Below are positions 1 through 12,780 of a stretch of DNA of 64,000 nucleotides, in pieces. The stretch is from Eutreptiella sp. 'Long Island Sound 2002'. Taxonomy: Eukaryota > Protista > Euglenida. Position 1 is the first letter of the stretch. Each line of letters opens with the position of its first letter. Under the pieces are notes generated by a model. That model did not search any database. It was given only the letters and a program-made list of their open reading frames with translations, and was not told the origin of the DNA. The position numbers and the translations under genes are program-made. The stretch spans positions 139,996,001 through 140,060,000 of the forward strand of contig OZ038378.1 of the NCBI GenBank assembly GCA_964036045.1. Direction: 5' to 3'.

Positions 1-1207
1 ACTGGTGAAGCTCCCCACCGCTTTACTGCTTGATTTCTTGTCGTGCACTTTGTGCGTACCTGCTCGAACCCTACCACTGGCAGCAGCTCGCAACACCGAA
101 AATGGGAAGGGCCAAAACAAAATTGGGTCATACAACCTGCTACCGAGGTCGGCCACACAAAGAAGGTGTTCACAACCTCACATCCATTTCGGCCCAACCA
201 AGCCCCCCCCTCCAACCTCAAGTAGAGTTTCAACTTCCCTGGCAAGATTTCTCCACCCCTAACCCTACCGTAGCTTGTTGCTCGTAGCTTGTAGCTTGTC
301 CTCCAGTCCCACCCCATGCAAAATACATATACTGTCGTTGTTTGCCCGCGTCGCTCTGAAATTTTTAAGGGAAATGCCGTTTGAAACCTCTTGTTTCTGG
401 GCGTAAGAAGCGTCACCAAGCCTTGCAGAAATTGTTTATCGTTTTTGACATGGTTTCTTGGCAACATTATTGAGTTCAATGTGCCCAGGAGAAGCCTCTT
501 TCCTCTTCAACGATTATCTCTTGGTGATAGTGTGTATGCACTTTAGCCGTTTTGTTCCATTTCTTTCTGGAGAGGGAAAAGCTAAATGAACTGATGGAAA
601 ACGCCACTATGCTTGCGTGATTGAAGTATGTACGGACAACGGATGCTTCAGTGAAATTACTTTGTCCAAAGTTACCCGAGGAGATGCTCCATGTTATTGC
701 GTGTGACATTTAGTGATGATAGACACCACATGCATAGCATTCAACAAAGTCAAAAGGTGTGGTTTCCACGTTGTCGCTCATCGGGCCTCAATATGCCCAA
801 TTTTAGTGTGCTTGATGTGCAGTTCTCATCCAAAGGAAACTTCGCTTAAAGAGGCATCGACCCCGAGCCACGGCAGAGACCAACATGAAGCCCCCAGCAA
901 GGGAATGCGAACCACAGTGTTGGCATACATCCGGACCCCGTACGCGCCAACCCCATCTCCCAACCTTTTTTGCAAACGCCCCACAGTGCACCTCTATGCA
1001 CCTCTATCCAGTGCAAACAACCTTGAATATCTCCTGGTATCACATGTGGGGACCCCTAGGTGGAGGTTTCTACTGCACTTGTCGGCATGGTGTGCACTCT
1101 TTGTCGCTACTCACGCATGCAAGTTTTGTGGCGAGAGAGCTTGCGGGGCATCCTTGGACAAGCAGCACTGTTGAAAGCCATGCATGTGTGCTTTTTGGGG
1201 AGGTTCA

Positions 1208-1227
1208 TTCGTTTTTCCTTTGCGTAG
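1208..1227 (+). promoter_or_regulatory. Polypyrimidine tract plus AG acceptor 10 nt upstream of the GCN1-like ATG (candidate trans-splice or 5'UTR acceptor)
   Basis: TTCGTTTTTCCTTTGCGTAG|GTGAAGTATC-ATG, with AG at 1226-1227 and ATG at 1238. Confidence 0.55.
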
Positions 1228-1237
1228 GTGAAGTATC

Positions 1238-1438
1238 ATGAAGTGGGGGGAGTTGCTCTACCAAGTGACCTCCACTTCCCAAGAAATTCGTGCCAGGATT
1301 GTGCACGATACACTCTTACCCTTTGTGGAGGGGGCCAAAGAGCTTTCTTTAGACGACTGCAAGGGCATCATCGGGGTCACATTCGGATCTGTGATGGGTT
1401 ACGTGCATGATCGCGCGACGCGGGAGTTGTTCGAAAGG
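1238..1438 (+). CDS. GCN1: GCN1-like HEAT-repeat protein, first coding exon
   Basis: MKWGELLYQVTSTSQEIRARIV...KGIIGVTFGSVMGYVHDRATRELFER resembles the recalled GCN1 N-terminus (KVTTASVKERREIL...KGLCKLFCLTLHRYRDAASRRAL); phase-0 donor AGG|gtgtgt at 1439. Confidence 0.75.
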
Positions 1439-1503
1439 GTGTGTGTTCCGGCACCACGCCTGTGCGCCTCTTTCGTGGGCCAAGCCCTTGTCGCATCCTG
1501 CAG

Positions 1504-1621
1504 ATCGTTGGACAGTTTTTGAACAGTCTGCGGACCCGCACCATCTTGGCAGATCGGGAAGTCAAAAAAGGAGTCGCGGACCTTGCCTCACCATCTTGTC
1601 GCAGGAGGGTTGTGTGCTGTG
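1504..1621 (+). CDS. GCN1: GCN1-like exon 2 (3' boundary uncertain: 1608 or 1621)
   Basis: Acceptor tcctgcag|ATC is in phase 0 with exon 1 after a 65-bp intron; IVGQFLNSLRTRTILADREVKKGVADLAS continues the helix; candidate donors are AGG|gttgtg (1609) and G|gtaagg (1622). Confidence 0.6.
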
Positions 1622-1881
1622 GTAAGGGTCCTTGGTGATGTTGCACGCGAGGAATCCCAACCCTGACTATCATTTTCTTTGGTCGTTGCTTTTGCCGGTG
1701 TTTTGTTTCACCTTGCACTATTTCTCCCCTCACACTTCGTGAACAACCTCCTTCACGATGGCTCGGCATCCCTTGGTTGCTCGCGTTCTTCTTTGCCTTT
1801 GGCCCCGAACCCCCTTGCCTCTCCCCCTCGTTCCCTCCCTCCTTCCTTATCCCTCCTAGAAGCGCATCTTCATGTTGATAG

Positions 1882-2001
1882 GCTCTTGGGAAAGCTGCCT
1901 CATTTACGTCAGCGGGTGAAGACTTGTGCAAGGTCGCAGCACACACACTAGGGCGCGAGAAGTTTGCCCTCACGAAGCTAACGACGGAGGCAAAGGCTGA
2001 G
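1882..2001 (+). CDS. GCN1: Probable GCN1-like exon 3 (5' boundary uncertain: 1882, 1895 or 1913)
   Basis: ALGKAASFTSAGEDLCKVAAHTLGREKFALTKLTTEAKAE; preceded by a long pyrimidine tract; phase-0 donor GAG|gtttgc at 2002 is compatible with the exon starting at 5050. Confidence 0.5.
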
Positions 2002-3299
2002 GTTTGCATTGTGATCAACTTGCTTGGGATCGTTTCTCGGTTATCTTCTTGGGGCCATACCAAGCAAGAGTCGGAAAGCAACGGAACACTCATCGACGAC
2101 CAGACATCCATGAAGGAAAAAAAAAAAGGACACTCCGATTAAACGGGCAAACAACGCCAATTCGAACGTGTTCGCCCTCGTCTACCAAAAATGACGCAAA
2201 AAAGCCGCGAAAAACGTGCCGCGAAACTAACTGGACCCGGTGACATGGTTGGTCAGATGGGTTAGATGGGTTAGACGAAGCTCGGTTGGAAAGGGCTTCA
2301 CTTTTTCCGAAGGATTTCGCGTCCAACCATTGGGTGATCTTGATCATCTTTTGAGGTGTACATGCACAGCCCAAGGAACTAAAGTTTTCAAGCTCGAGCG
2401 TGGGTTGTATGGATTCTAACGTCACATCGGTTGTGTTCCGCACATGACTCACATGCTTTTTAGTTTTGGGTCTTTCGATTTCGGGTTTTGTCTTTTTGTG
2501 GCTTGTCCGTCGGGGGTTCAACGAATTGCGGATCGATTGACAAACACCAACCCGGACGAACGGATCGTTGGACGGAGAAATGGAAGGGCGAGTTGGACCC
2601 CGAGCCTTGTTTTGGCCCTAGGACAAGTCATTTTTCAATCACGCCAACATCTCGGGCCAAGTTGGTTCCTCTTGTTTTCCGTGGTCACATAACGACCGCA
2701 ATTCAACCGACAGCGCGCATTGGGAGCACTGACTGTTGTTTGCAAGCCATGCATTGGAACTGTTGCTGATGATGCGCATGACTTGCGACATCCGCAAGGT
2801 GGTCATAGCACTTTCGGCAATGCACTTGTTTCTCAGCTGCTAGCATACGTCTCCAAGCTGCTCAAGTCATTGGTCAGCCACCTCCCTAAAGTGCCAAATT
2901 ATGTGCTCCCCACCGCCGCCAGCAGCCTCCAAGCTTCCTCACCATCAATGCCTTCTCTACCTGCTCTCGTCAAGCACTTTGTGGCTCTCGTGCACTCGCT
3001 TGCGTTGGGCAAGGGGACAAACTCCGTTATCAATGCTTGCAAGCAGTGCCCCATCTTGTTGGAGTACGTTTGTTCGGCGGTGTGTTTGTCACAAATTCAT
3101 GTGCCCGAAGGTTGTGTTCGCGTTCCATTCTTGGTCCGTTGTGTTGCATCGTGTGTGCGGGTGCTTGTTGTGCGTGCAGGGTGAGTGCCCGACCTCCTAA
3201 GCCATGCCATGGTTCCTATGATGGCTGTCCACTTGTTTCGCGAATCCAGCGGGACTAGCAATTTGTCTGATTTTCCTGCGGAATTGGTATTCAGAAACA

Positions 3300-4020
3300 A
3301 ATCGCGTGACCGCCATCCCCCGGTAGAGAAAAGTCTAGTTCGAGTGGCTCACCATTGTCCAACGTACCCGAGGTGCACGGCACAGGAACGGATATTGAGG
3401 TTGGCAATGTTTTGCAGAAAAACATAACAGTGAGATCATTGAGAATGACAACATAGAAGCCAGGTTGCACTGTCCAATGCAAGCAAAGGTCGTATCTTTG
3501 CAGTCGCAGAGCTGGAAAATGCCTTCAGCAGTTCAACCCGATTTCAAGGTGGGCGCACCCTTCTCACTCCACAACACATGCACCCTGTTTGCCCAACGAA
3601 ATTTTCGTTCCCATACCGTTGAAGACCACAGCACAGCAGCACTCATAACTTGTTTCCCACATCTGACATCTCCTTCATCAGCGAAATATCAGGAAGCGCA
3701 CGGTGGCGGCGATTGTTCGCTTTTCAGGGCACAACACCAATTGTGGGCACCTGTGCTTGGGTTTTGGCAAAGCTGCAGCATGTCACAGTTCCTGAGCTTT
3801 TTATTTGACCATGCAAAACGTTACCTACTTGTCATGGAGGGGGTCGTTCTAGTTGAACCCATGTGGCTAATTTCGCCTCCAAGATGGGGTGAAGTGGTGT
3901 TTGGCCCCCCATCACTTGCGCGGCTGCGTTTTTAACCAGTTTTGCGCACACATCCGCTGATGGCCTCCTCGTTTTTCAGCCGCTCATCAAACGTCCTCTC
4001 ACTGCGATGTCGGTTTTTGA
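3300..4020 (-). pseudogene. Degenerate pogo/Tigger-like transposase remnant (CENP-B-type HTH)
   Basis: Minus-strand frames give GGQTPLHPILEAKLATWVQLER...VTFCMVK*KAQEL, similar to the HTH_CENPB pattern; many stops and frameshifts; no clear DDE core found. Confidence 0.35.
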
Positions 4021-5049
4021 AGCCATGGTTTCAAAATGGCACATTTCTGTCCATAATTTCGTTACAGTGGTGCACCTTTGTCACAGGTTCAGTGGCATTG
4101 TCTTCATTGTCTTCATTGTCTTTATTTTCTGCACGTTGTCTGGGTGTTCATCAGCACTATGTTCGTTGGCAACATGGCCATCAGAATAGTCATCTGCACT
4201 CTCTTGAAGCAATGCAATCTTCTCCAAGGTGAAGGCTCCCCACATCCAGTTACCCCTCCCATAGCCCAAGCATAGGATCCCAAGAAATCACCAAATCAGG
4301 CATTGAGCTGTATCATAACCGTTAAATGAGGGGCAGGTATCAACGGATGACACATTTGGGCAACCCCTAGTGCTAGTGACTGTGGTAGATTCTGTGGCTT
4401 GATGTCTGTAGTGTCACCAAAACTTGGTCAATCCACAAGTGGCAACCAGGCGGCCCTGTGTGCTGTCCCACAACCCAAGTCGCGGTTTTCCGAACAGGGC
4501 ACATTTTTCCGGCCAGCGAGAGCAGCCAAGTCAAATGACGTGCGCAGTTTCAAGTTCGCAGGTTGTGTAACGCGCAAAGATTATCCCCCGTCTTCCCCCC
4601 CCTGGACAGTACCCTCCAATTTTCTGGGAATGATTGAATGTGAAGCCTGCCAGCTTTGGCAGGGGAGTTCCACACTTGCCCCCCCTCTTTCACAATCCCC
4701 CCTCACGCTGTCCCACATACCCCCGCACAACCACACACACAAGCTCACCTTCCTTAAGTTTTACCCCCCCACAACCACACAGCCCGGAGGCACGCCTCCC
4801 AGAACCACCATGGTCATTAAACCAGAAACACCCATCGGCAACCTACACCACCTTTCATGGTTTAACTCCTGGAAAACGATTTCTCCCCTTGTAATTGATG
4901 CACAGGGTCAAGGGATTGGGGCATGGTGGACCATCAAAATTGCAGCCGACGGTGTCAGGGGATAGCAGGCAGTCTTCAAAGGCCGACACAGCAATGGTCC
5001 CCCTGCACAGAATGACACCCAAACCCCCCTAGATCCTTTCCCGTGGCAG

Positions 5050-5304
5050 GTTTGTTGCAGTGAAGGCAGCGAGTCCCTGCAGTTCATGCCACTGGCTGTG
5101 CTGCTGTATCCACTGGTGTTGAAGGCTGGTCCCCCTGCCTCAGACGTGCCCAAGGCACTGCTGACGGTGGTGGCCACGGCTGTTGTTCACACTAAAACAT
5201 CCGCGGACTGGGCCTTGTGGAAGGCTGTCAGCCAGGCAGAGGCCTTCTGGTCCCACATCACCGCCGCGGAGTATGAGGCTGTACTGTTGCCCAGCATTAC
5301 GCAG
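5050..5304 (+). CDS. GCN1: GCN1-like exon (85 codons)
   Basis: ctttcccgtggcag|GTT ... ACG CAG|gtgtgt, phase 0/0; KALLTVVATAVVHTK...WSHITAAEYEAVLLPSITQ matches recalled GCN1 SALLDFYMKNILMSK...LSHSEFKDLILPTIQK. Confidence 0.8.
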
Positions 5305-5829
5305 GTGTGTGCATGCACGCCAGAGCACACAGCTGAAGATCAACGGGTGCTGATCCAGCTTAGCAAGGCTTATGGGAGGCTGCATGACCCAGCAGCAGTA
5401 CATGGCCCGAGGTTGCGTTCAGTCCCACATACCGTGTAGGGCTGTCCTGCTGAGTATTCATAGGCTGCAGAATATCACTGTGTAATTGGGCTGGGACCAG
5501 TGCGTGAGAATGGGTCACTTGCTAGGTATGTATTTGGGTTGGTGGTGTGATGAATAGCAGCTGTTTTTTGTGTTGGAGGTTTGATTCTCAGCAGAGTTTT
5601 CAATTCGCGTGGTTGTGTATTTTGGGCAGCATTTAGACATGTTGTGGAGTTCCGCTTTAGCACAAGGCTCATAATGGGCGACCTGAAAATTGCTCTGCGG
5701 GGGGGGGGGGGGGGTGATATGGACGCCCGCCGAAGGAGGGGGGGGGGGGGTTGGAGAAATGGGGTTCCGTGTCGGGCCCTTTGTTTTGTGTAAGAACGGA
5801 TGTTTGCGCCGAAGGCGCAAGAACACAAA

Positions 5830-8035
5830 ATTCTATTGCCTTCGGCAAGTCCACCTCGCGGAGAATCTACCCCAAGCAATGCACACACAAAATAGGGGAA
5901 AAAACGACATAAATATGGCCTAAAACATGCTTTACATAGCTTGGATGGTCATTTTAAGTGATCACGGTGTCAGAAAAATAAGCTTCGAAAACTTCCATTT
6001 TTGAGCTGCCCAGGGTGAGAAACTGCACAAGCAGGTTGTGTAGCAATCCCTTGGGAGACCCCCCCATCCTGGACCTAATACCCAAACTCGGTGAAAAATA
6101 CGTAAATACGGCCTAAAACATGCTTTACATACCTGGGATGGTCATATCGTGTGGTCACAATATCATAAAAACAAGTTTCGAAAACTTTGATTTTTGAGCT
6201 GCCCAGGGTGAAAAACTGCATAAGCAGGTTGTGAACCAATCCCTTGGGAGACCCCCCCCCCGGACGTAATACCCAAATAGGGTGAAAAACACGTAAATAC
6301 GGCCTAAAACATGCTTTACATACCTTGGATGGTCATTGTAAGTGATCACGATATCAAAAAACTAGGTTTCAAAAACTTCGATTTTTGAGCTGCCCAGGGG
6401 GAAAAACTGCAACCGAAGGCAATAGAATCACCTCGCAGAGGTTGTTAGATCAAAGCCAGGCAGGCGTATATAGGGGAAAACGCCACATACCCCCCCATTT
6501 TGGCCTTTTTGGGCCTATTCGCGTACCCTACCCCAAGGGGTTGAATTGTTAGTTTGACCCCTTGGAAGATCATTATTTTATCCAATAAACGCATCCCCCA
6601 ATGAGTTTTTGGTCCGGACCCCCCCAGACCCCCCCACTTGAAACACACTTTTTTGAGGTTTTCAGGGAGGTGGGGGGGGGGGGGGGGGTCAAATTCAAAC
6701 CCCCTTTTTTTTGGGTCAAAAATCATGAATCTTTTGGTTTTTTTTCGATTTTGAGCCGAAAAACTGTTTCCGGGTCCCGACTCCATGGGGTTTGTATGGG
6801 GCGGAGTGGGACGAGCACTTCAGCAGTTTATGCACTTTTCAGCCATTTTTGCCATGTTTGCGGTTTTGGCGACCTCGGTGACCCCGTGGTACCCACTCTG
6901 AGGGGTGTGAGTGGGGATGTTGTGATAGCATATGCCTACTAGGATACGAAAGGACGTTTTTTGTAGTGTGTAGCCTTGCCGACGTCCGGTCAAATGCCTG
7001 TGCCAAAGACGCGAAATGGCTGTTTCCACCAATAATGGCCTAGTGAATGGGCCGGTGCACAACCTGCATAAATACGGGCTAAAACATGCTTTACATATCT
7101 TGGATGGACATGTTAGGTGATCACGGAATCAAAAAAATAAGTTTCAAAACCTTCGATTTTTGAGCTGCCCAGGGTGAAAAACTGCATAAGCAGGTTGTGT
7201 ACCAATCCCTTGGGAGACCCCCCCCCCTCCCCGGGTCCTAATACCCAAACAGGGTGAAAAATACATAAATACGGCCTAAGAAATGCTTTACATATCTTGG
7301 ATGGTCATTTTAGGTGATCACAAAATCAAAAAAATGAGTTTCGGAAAAAATCAATTTTTGAGCTGCCCAGGGTGAAAAACGGGACACAATCAGGTTGTGT
7401 ACCGGACCATTCACTAGGCCATTATTGGTGGAAACAGCCATTTCGCGTCTTTGGCACAGGCATTTGACCGGACGTCGGCAAGGCTACACACTACAAAAAA
7501 CGTCCTTTCGTATCCTAGTAGGCATATATTGTCACAACATCCCCACTCACACCCCTCAGAGTGGGTACCACGGGGTCACCGAGGTCGCCAAAACCGCAAA
7601 CATGGCAAAAATGGCTGAAAAGTGCATAAACTGCTGAAGTGCTCGTCCCACTCCGCCCCATACAAACCCCATGGAGTCGGGACCCGGAAACAGTTTTTCG
7701 GCTCAAAATCGAAAAAAAAACCAAAAGATTCATGATTTTTGACCCAAAAAAAGGGGGGTTTGAATTTGACCCCCCCCCCCACCTCCCTCAAAACCTCCAA
7801 AAAGTGGGTTTCAAGTGGGGGGGTCTGGGGGGGGGGGGGGGTCCAGACCAAAAACTCATTGGGGGATATGTTTATTGGATAAAATAATGATTTTACAAGG
7901 GGTTAAACTAACAATTCAACCCCTTGGGGTAGGGTATGCGAATAGGCCCAAAAAGGCCCGAAATGGGGGGGTATGTGGCGTTTTCCCCTATATACGCCTG
8001 CCTGGCTTTGATCTAACAACCTCTGCGAGGTGATT
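5830..8035. repeat. Composite satellite-like repeat block (A ~640 bp, C ~80 bp, B ~190 bp units) with two orientation switches
   Basis: 6427-7067 and 7391-8035 are near-perfect inverted copies; ATTCTATTGCCTTCGG (5830-5845) is inverted at 6413-6428; B units (taaaacatgctttacata.cttggatggtca) lie at ~5921, 6115, 6306, 7080 and 7277. Confidence 0.85.
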
Positions 8036-9089
8036 TTGGCCCGAAAAATTTTTTTCCACCAATAATCCCCCTCCCACACATTTGAGTAGTCAAAATGATT
8101 AGTGCGACGTGGGTATCATTTTGAGCCATAGATGTTGGGTTGACCCCCCCCCCCCCGGCACAGCAGGTCGGGCACCCCCGCCCTGAACCCCTCCCGTCAC
8201 GGCGGCCAAGGAGGGGGGGGGGTTGGGAAAATGCACCTCCATGCCCCCCCCCCCCCCCCGCAGAGCAATTTTCTTCCCGCCATGATCCTTGGGCGATGAA
8301 GGAGAAAATTACTTGGGGGGGCGGGGGGGGCGGGTTGTATTTGGCAGCTCCAAATATTCGTTGCAAACATTACGCCAAAAGGTAGTTCTTTGGCGTTACA
8401 ACCAGACTGCTTTTTGAAACGTTTTGTGGTGATTGTTCAACCAGGCCTTCCTGTGGGTACGTATGGTTTCCCCACGAACGCAAACCGATTTGGTGCCAGA
8501 CCAATAGGTGGTTGCTCGCTCAAGTGCCATACCGTGGTTGGTTGTGAGTAGGGGGGTTTGCACCAGATGGGGTACTGATTGCCAGCATGAGCCTAGGGAC
8601 AAGCCACAGCTTGGCCAAATGGCGGTTCCGTTGAACGTGAAAAAAAAGCCATTAGATGCACTAGACTAAGGGGCCACAAATAACAATAGAGGCTGGAAAA
8701 GACGAGCGCTGCAGTTCGTGGGGGAAAACATTGGAAACAAAGAACAACAATCAACCCCACTTCAATTGGGGTGCAGCCAAGGAATGGTGGGCTTGGAACG
8801 CCCCCCCAAATGAAGTCTTGGCGCGAGGCTAAAATAACAAACCACAATTATGAGGGGGGGGGGGGGGGGCTGAGGGGGTCAATTTTGTTTGGGTAGGAAC
8901 CCCCCTAGGAACCCCTTCCTAGAGCCTGGGACGCGGTGCTCTAAGGGGTGCACCAAATTTCTTGTAGGCTCGAATGTGGTTTCGTTTCATTTTTGTGATG
9001 CCAATTCTGACAACAACACAAGAGCGCACGTTACGCGGGACAACCATTGGGGGTCACCTTTCGCTTCCTCCCCCATCGCCGGAAAGTTG

Positions 9090-12000
9090 TGAAGCAGTAG
9101 ATAGAAGTAGTAGCCTGGATGTGGGCAATGAAAGCAAAAACTGTGCGATAATAGCAAAAAGTGGGCAATGAAAGTTGATAGTGCGCGGGTTTCCCGTAAA
9201 ATGTGCAGAATGGTGGCTAAACAAGCAAGGGGCGGGATTCGGATCCCGCCCAGCAAGAACCAAAAAGTTAGGGGGTTGGATCTGGGCGATAAATGTGGAT
9301 ACTTGGGCGGGGAGGGGGGGGGGGTGAAGAAAGCCCATAAGAAGATGGCCTAGAAAATGAATTCGGACCAGGGGCGTGATTGGGATCCCGCCCTAGGAAG
9401 AAGCAAGAACTTAGAGCTAGAAAGTGGGCGATGGGAGCATTAACTGGGCGAGAAAAGCAGAAAGTAGGGGATGATACTGGATACTGGGGCGGCAAGGGGG
9501 AGAAAGGCCACATGGGCTTGAAAATGAAGCTAGACCAGGGGCGGAATTGGGATCCCGCCCTAGGAAGAAGAAAAAACATAGAGCCAAAAAGTAGGTGATG
9601 AAAATGAATACTGGCTTGGGCGGGGGAAGAAAGCCCACAAGAAGATGGCCTAGAAAATGAATCCAGACCAGGGGCGGGATTGGGATCCCGCCCTAGCAAG
9701 AAGCAAAAACTTAGAGCCATAAAGTAGGCGATGAAAGTGAATACTGGCCCGGCCGGGGTAGAAAGCCCATAAGAAGATGGGCTCGAAAATGAAGCCAAAC
9801 TCGGGGAGAGAATTTAGAACCAGAAAGTAGGCGATGATAGTGGCTAGTGGCCTGGGCGGGGTAGAAAGCCAAAAGAAGATGGCCTCTAAAATGAATCTAG
9901 ACCAAGGGCGGGATTGGGATCCCACCCCAGCAAGAACCAAAAACTTAGAGCTAGAAAGTAGGCGATGAAAGTGAATACTGGCCCGAGCGGGGGAGAAAGC
10001 CAGGGTCGGGATTTATCGAATCCCGCCCTTGAAAGAGGGTAAAAGATGTAGGTTGGAACTGGGTGAGAAAAGCCAAAAGTAGGCAATGATAGTGGAAAGA
10101 GGGCGATGAAAGTAGAAAATAGGCGATAATAGCAAAAACTGGGCGATGATAGCAGAAACTGGGGCCTGGCGCAAGGAGCAAGAATTCAGAAAGGTGGCGT
10201 ATAAAGCAAAGGGGGGGGATTCCTTATATCCCGGCCCAAGAAGCAATAGAAAGAAGTACGAGCATGAAAGTGGGCGATTGAAGTTGAGAGTGGGGCCTGG
10301 CGCAAGGAGCAAGAATTGAGAAAAATGGCGCAGAAAGAGAAGGACGGTAAAAAAGGGGCAGAAAGCCAGGGTCGGGATTTATCGAATCCCGCCCTTGGAA
10401 GAGGGGAAAAGATGTAGGTTGGAACAAGGCGAGAAAAGGCGAAAGTAGGCGATGATATTGGATATTGGCCCAACCGGGGGTAGAAAGCCCAAAAGAAGGT
10501 GGGCTAGAAAATGAAGAAGAAAAGACTTAGAGCCAAAAAGTAGGCGATGATTGTGGAAAGAGAGCATAAAAGTGGGCGATCAAAGTAGATAGTGGGAGCG
10601 GCTCTTTAGGAGCCAGAATTGAGAAAAATGGTGTAGAAAATCTTGTCAGGACAAGGGCGGGAATTGTGGATCCCGCCCCACCCAACAAAAGAGAGAAGTA
10701 GGAAGCAGAAAGTAGGCGATGATTGTGGAAAGAGAGCATAAAAGTGGGCAATGAGAGGAGATAGTGCGACTCGCCCTTTAGGAGCAAGAATTGAGAAAAA
10801 TGGCCTGGAAAAGCAGGGGCGGTGCTTCTCAATACCGCCTCAGGCAGCATCAGATAGAAGTAGGAAGCAGAAAGTAGGCGAAAGAGGGTGAATATAGCCT
10901 GAAAGTGGGCGATGAGAGTTGATAGTGCGACCCACCCCTTTGGAGCAAGAATAGAGAAAAATGGCCTAGAAAAGAAGGGGGGCGTGTCCGACCTATAAAG
11001 TGGGCGAAGATACTTGATAGTGTGAACCCCCCTTTAGGAGCAATTATTGGAGAAAAGGGCGTAGAAAGCAAAGGAGCGGTATTTCTCAACACCGCCCCAA
11101 GCAGTAGTAGAGAGAAGTGAGAACGAGAAAGTACATTCGCTGGGAGCCTGGCCTTTGGAGCAATTATTGAGAAAGATGGGCAAGAATGCAAGGGGCGGGA
11201 TATCTAGGCAGCAGTAGAGAGCAAAAGGAGCTTGGAAGTGGGCGATGAAAGCAAAAACCGGGCAATAATAGCAAAAAGTGGACGATGAAAGTATTAGCTG
11301 GGGGCACCGTCTTACGAGCAATTATTGAGAAAGATGGCGTAGAAAGAGAAGGAGAGCCGAAAAAACGAGAGCGAAAGCCGCGGTTGTGATTGTCAATCCC
11401 GCCCCACCAAGGAGGAGATAGAAGTACCACCGTAGGCGGCACGGCTCCGAGCTGCCCCGTAGTAGCCAGGATGTGGGTGATGATGGCAAAAAGAGGGCAA
11501 TAATAGCACAAAGTGGGCGATGAAAGTTGATAGTGCGCGCCGGGGTAGGAGAAAATCCGGATAAAGATGGCCTAGAAAAGAAAGCAGCACCCATCAGGAA
11601 AAAGTCAGAGATAGCCATAGGGGCGGGATATCTCGAATCCCGCCCTAGGAAGCAGTAGATAGAAGTTGGAGCCTGGAACTGGTCGATGAGAGCATTGACT
11701 GGGCGTCCCGTCTTACGAGCAATTATTGAGAAAGATGGCCTGAAAAGAAAGGAGCACATATTGGGAAAAAGATAGAGATAGCAATAGGGGCGGGATATAT
11801 CGAATCCCGCCCTAGGAACCAGTACAAAGAAGTAGGAATCTAGAACTGGGCGATGAGAGTATTCATTGGGCGCTTGGCCTTAGGAGCAAGAATTGAGAAA
11901 AATGGCCGAGAAAATGAAGGAGCACATAACAAGGGGAAAAGACAGAGATAGCAATTGGGGCGGAATTTCTCGAATCCCGCCCTAGGAAGCAGTAGAAAGA

Positions 12001-12250
12001 AGTAGGAGCCCGGAAATGGGCGATGAGAGCATTAACTGGGCGCGTGGCCTCAGGAGCAATTATTGAGAAAGATGGCCTAGAAAGCAAGGGGCAGGATATC
12101 TCAAATACTGCCCTAGGAAGCAGTAGAGAGAAGAAGGAGCCTGGAACTGGGCGCTGGAACTGGATAGTGGCAGCCTGGCACAAGAGCAATTATTGGGGGA
12201 AAAGGCGTAGAAAGCAAGGGGCGGTATTTCTCGATACCGCCCAAGTACAG
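9090..12250. repeat. Purine-rich degenerate tandem array with a recurring hairpin
   Basis: Repeated agaaagtaggcgatgaaag, ggagcaagaattgagaaa and GGGCGGGAT-n4..7-ATCCCGCCC motifs (e.g. 9230-9251); strong strand asymmetry. Confidence 0.85.
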
Positions 12251-12780
12251 GACGGAGAATGGAGTATCCAGTGGTGGTAAAAATCCATGTCCTGTTCTCG
12301 TAATGCATCATCTTGTCCAAGCATGTGTCTCCAAACAATGGTACCTTTTTCGATGAGTGGGTCATAAGTATACCTGAGTGGGGCTGCGCTGTCCAGCTGC
12401 GTGTGTGTGGGCGGACCCCCTATGGCACATAGTTCCTGGAAAATGGCTGGGTGTTTGTGGGATGGGGTGAATGGGGGCTTTCAGCCAGTAGGGTCTCCTA
12501 GAGGAGCTCTCGTCGCCTGCAACAATCCCCCAGTCAGCATGTGTGAGGTGGAGCGCTTGTTGGGGAAGGTTCATGTGAGCCCACCCTGACTGAGTGAACA
12601 GCATGGAGCTGAGTCGCTGCTCCTCCACCTCACCACACCTGTGCCTGGGGTGCCAGTGGTCTGGGCTGCCAAAAAGCCCATTTTGGGGCAGATCCAGGCC
12701 AGTGTGATCCCGTTGGTCACACAGGGTGCTGATGTAGTGGTGCATCACATGCTGTGAGGCACCTGGTGTAGCGCCATGGT

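Noticed and set aside
43-225. Gypsy integrase C-terminus (KWEGP...VF)
   Set aside because: The match is too short, the Y/F of the GPY/F motif is absent, and there is no supporting context
300-710. Upstream gene
   Set aside because: Coding-like patches (PKLPEEMLHVIA) are interrupted by stops and show no recognisable family
1860-1915. Alternative exon EAHLHVDRLLGKLPHLRQR after the ctag acceptor
   Set aside because: It would need a 17-nt intron or a frameshift to reach the downstream coding frame; left unresolved in favour of the 1882-2001 frame
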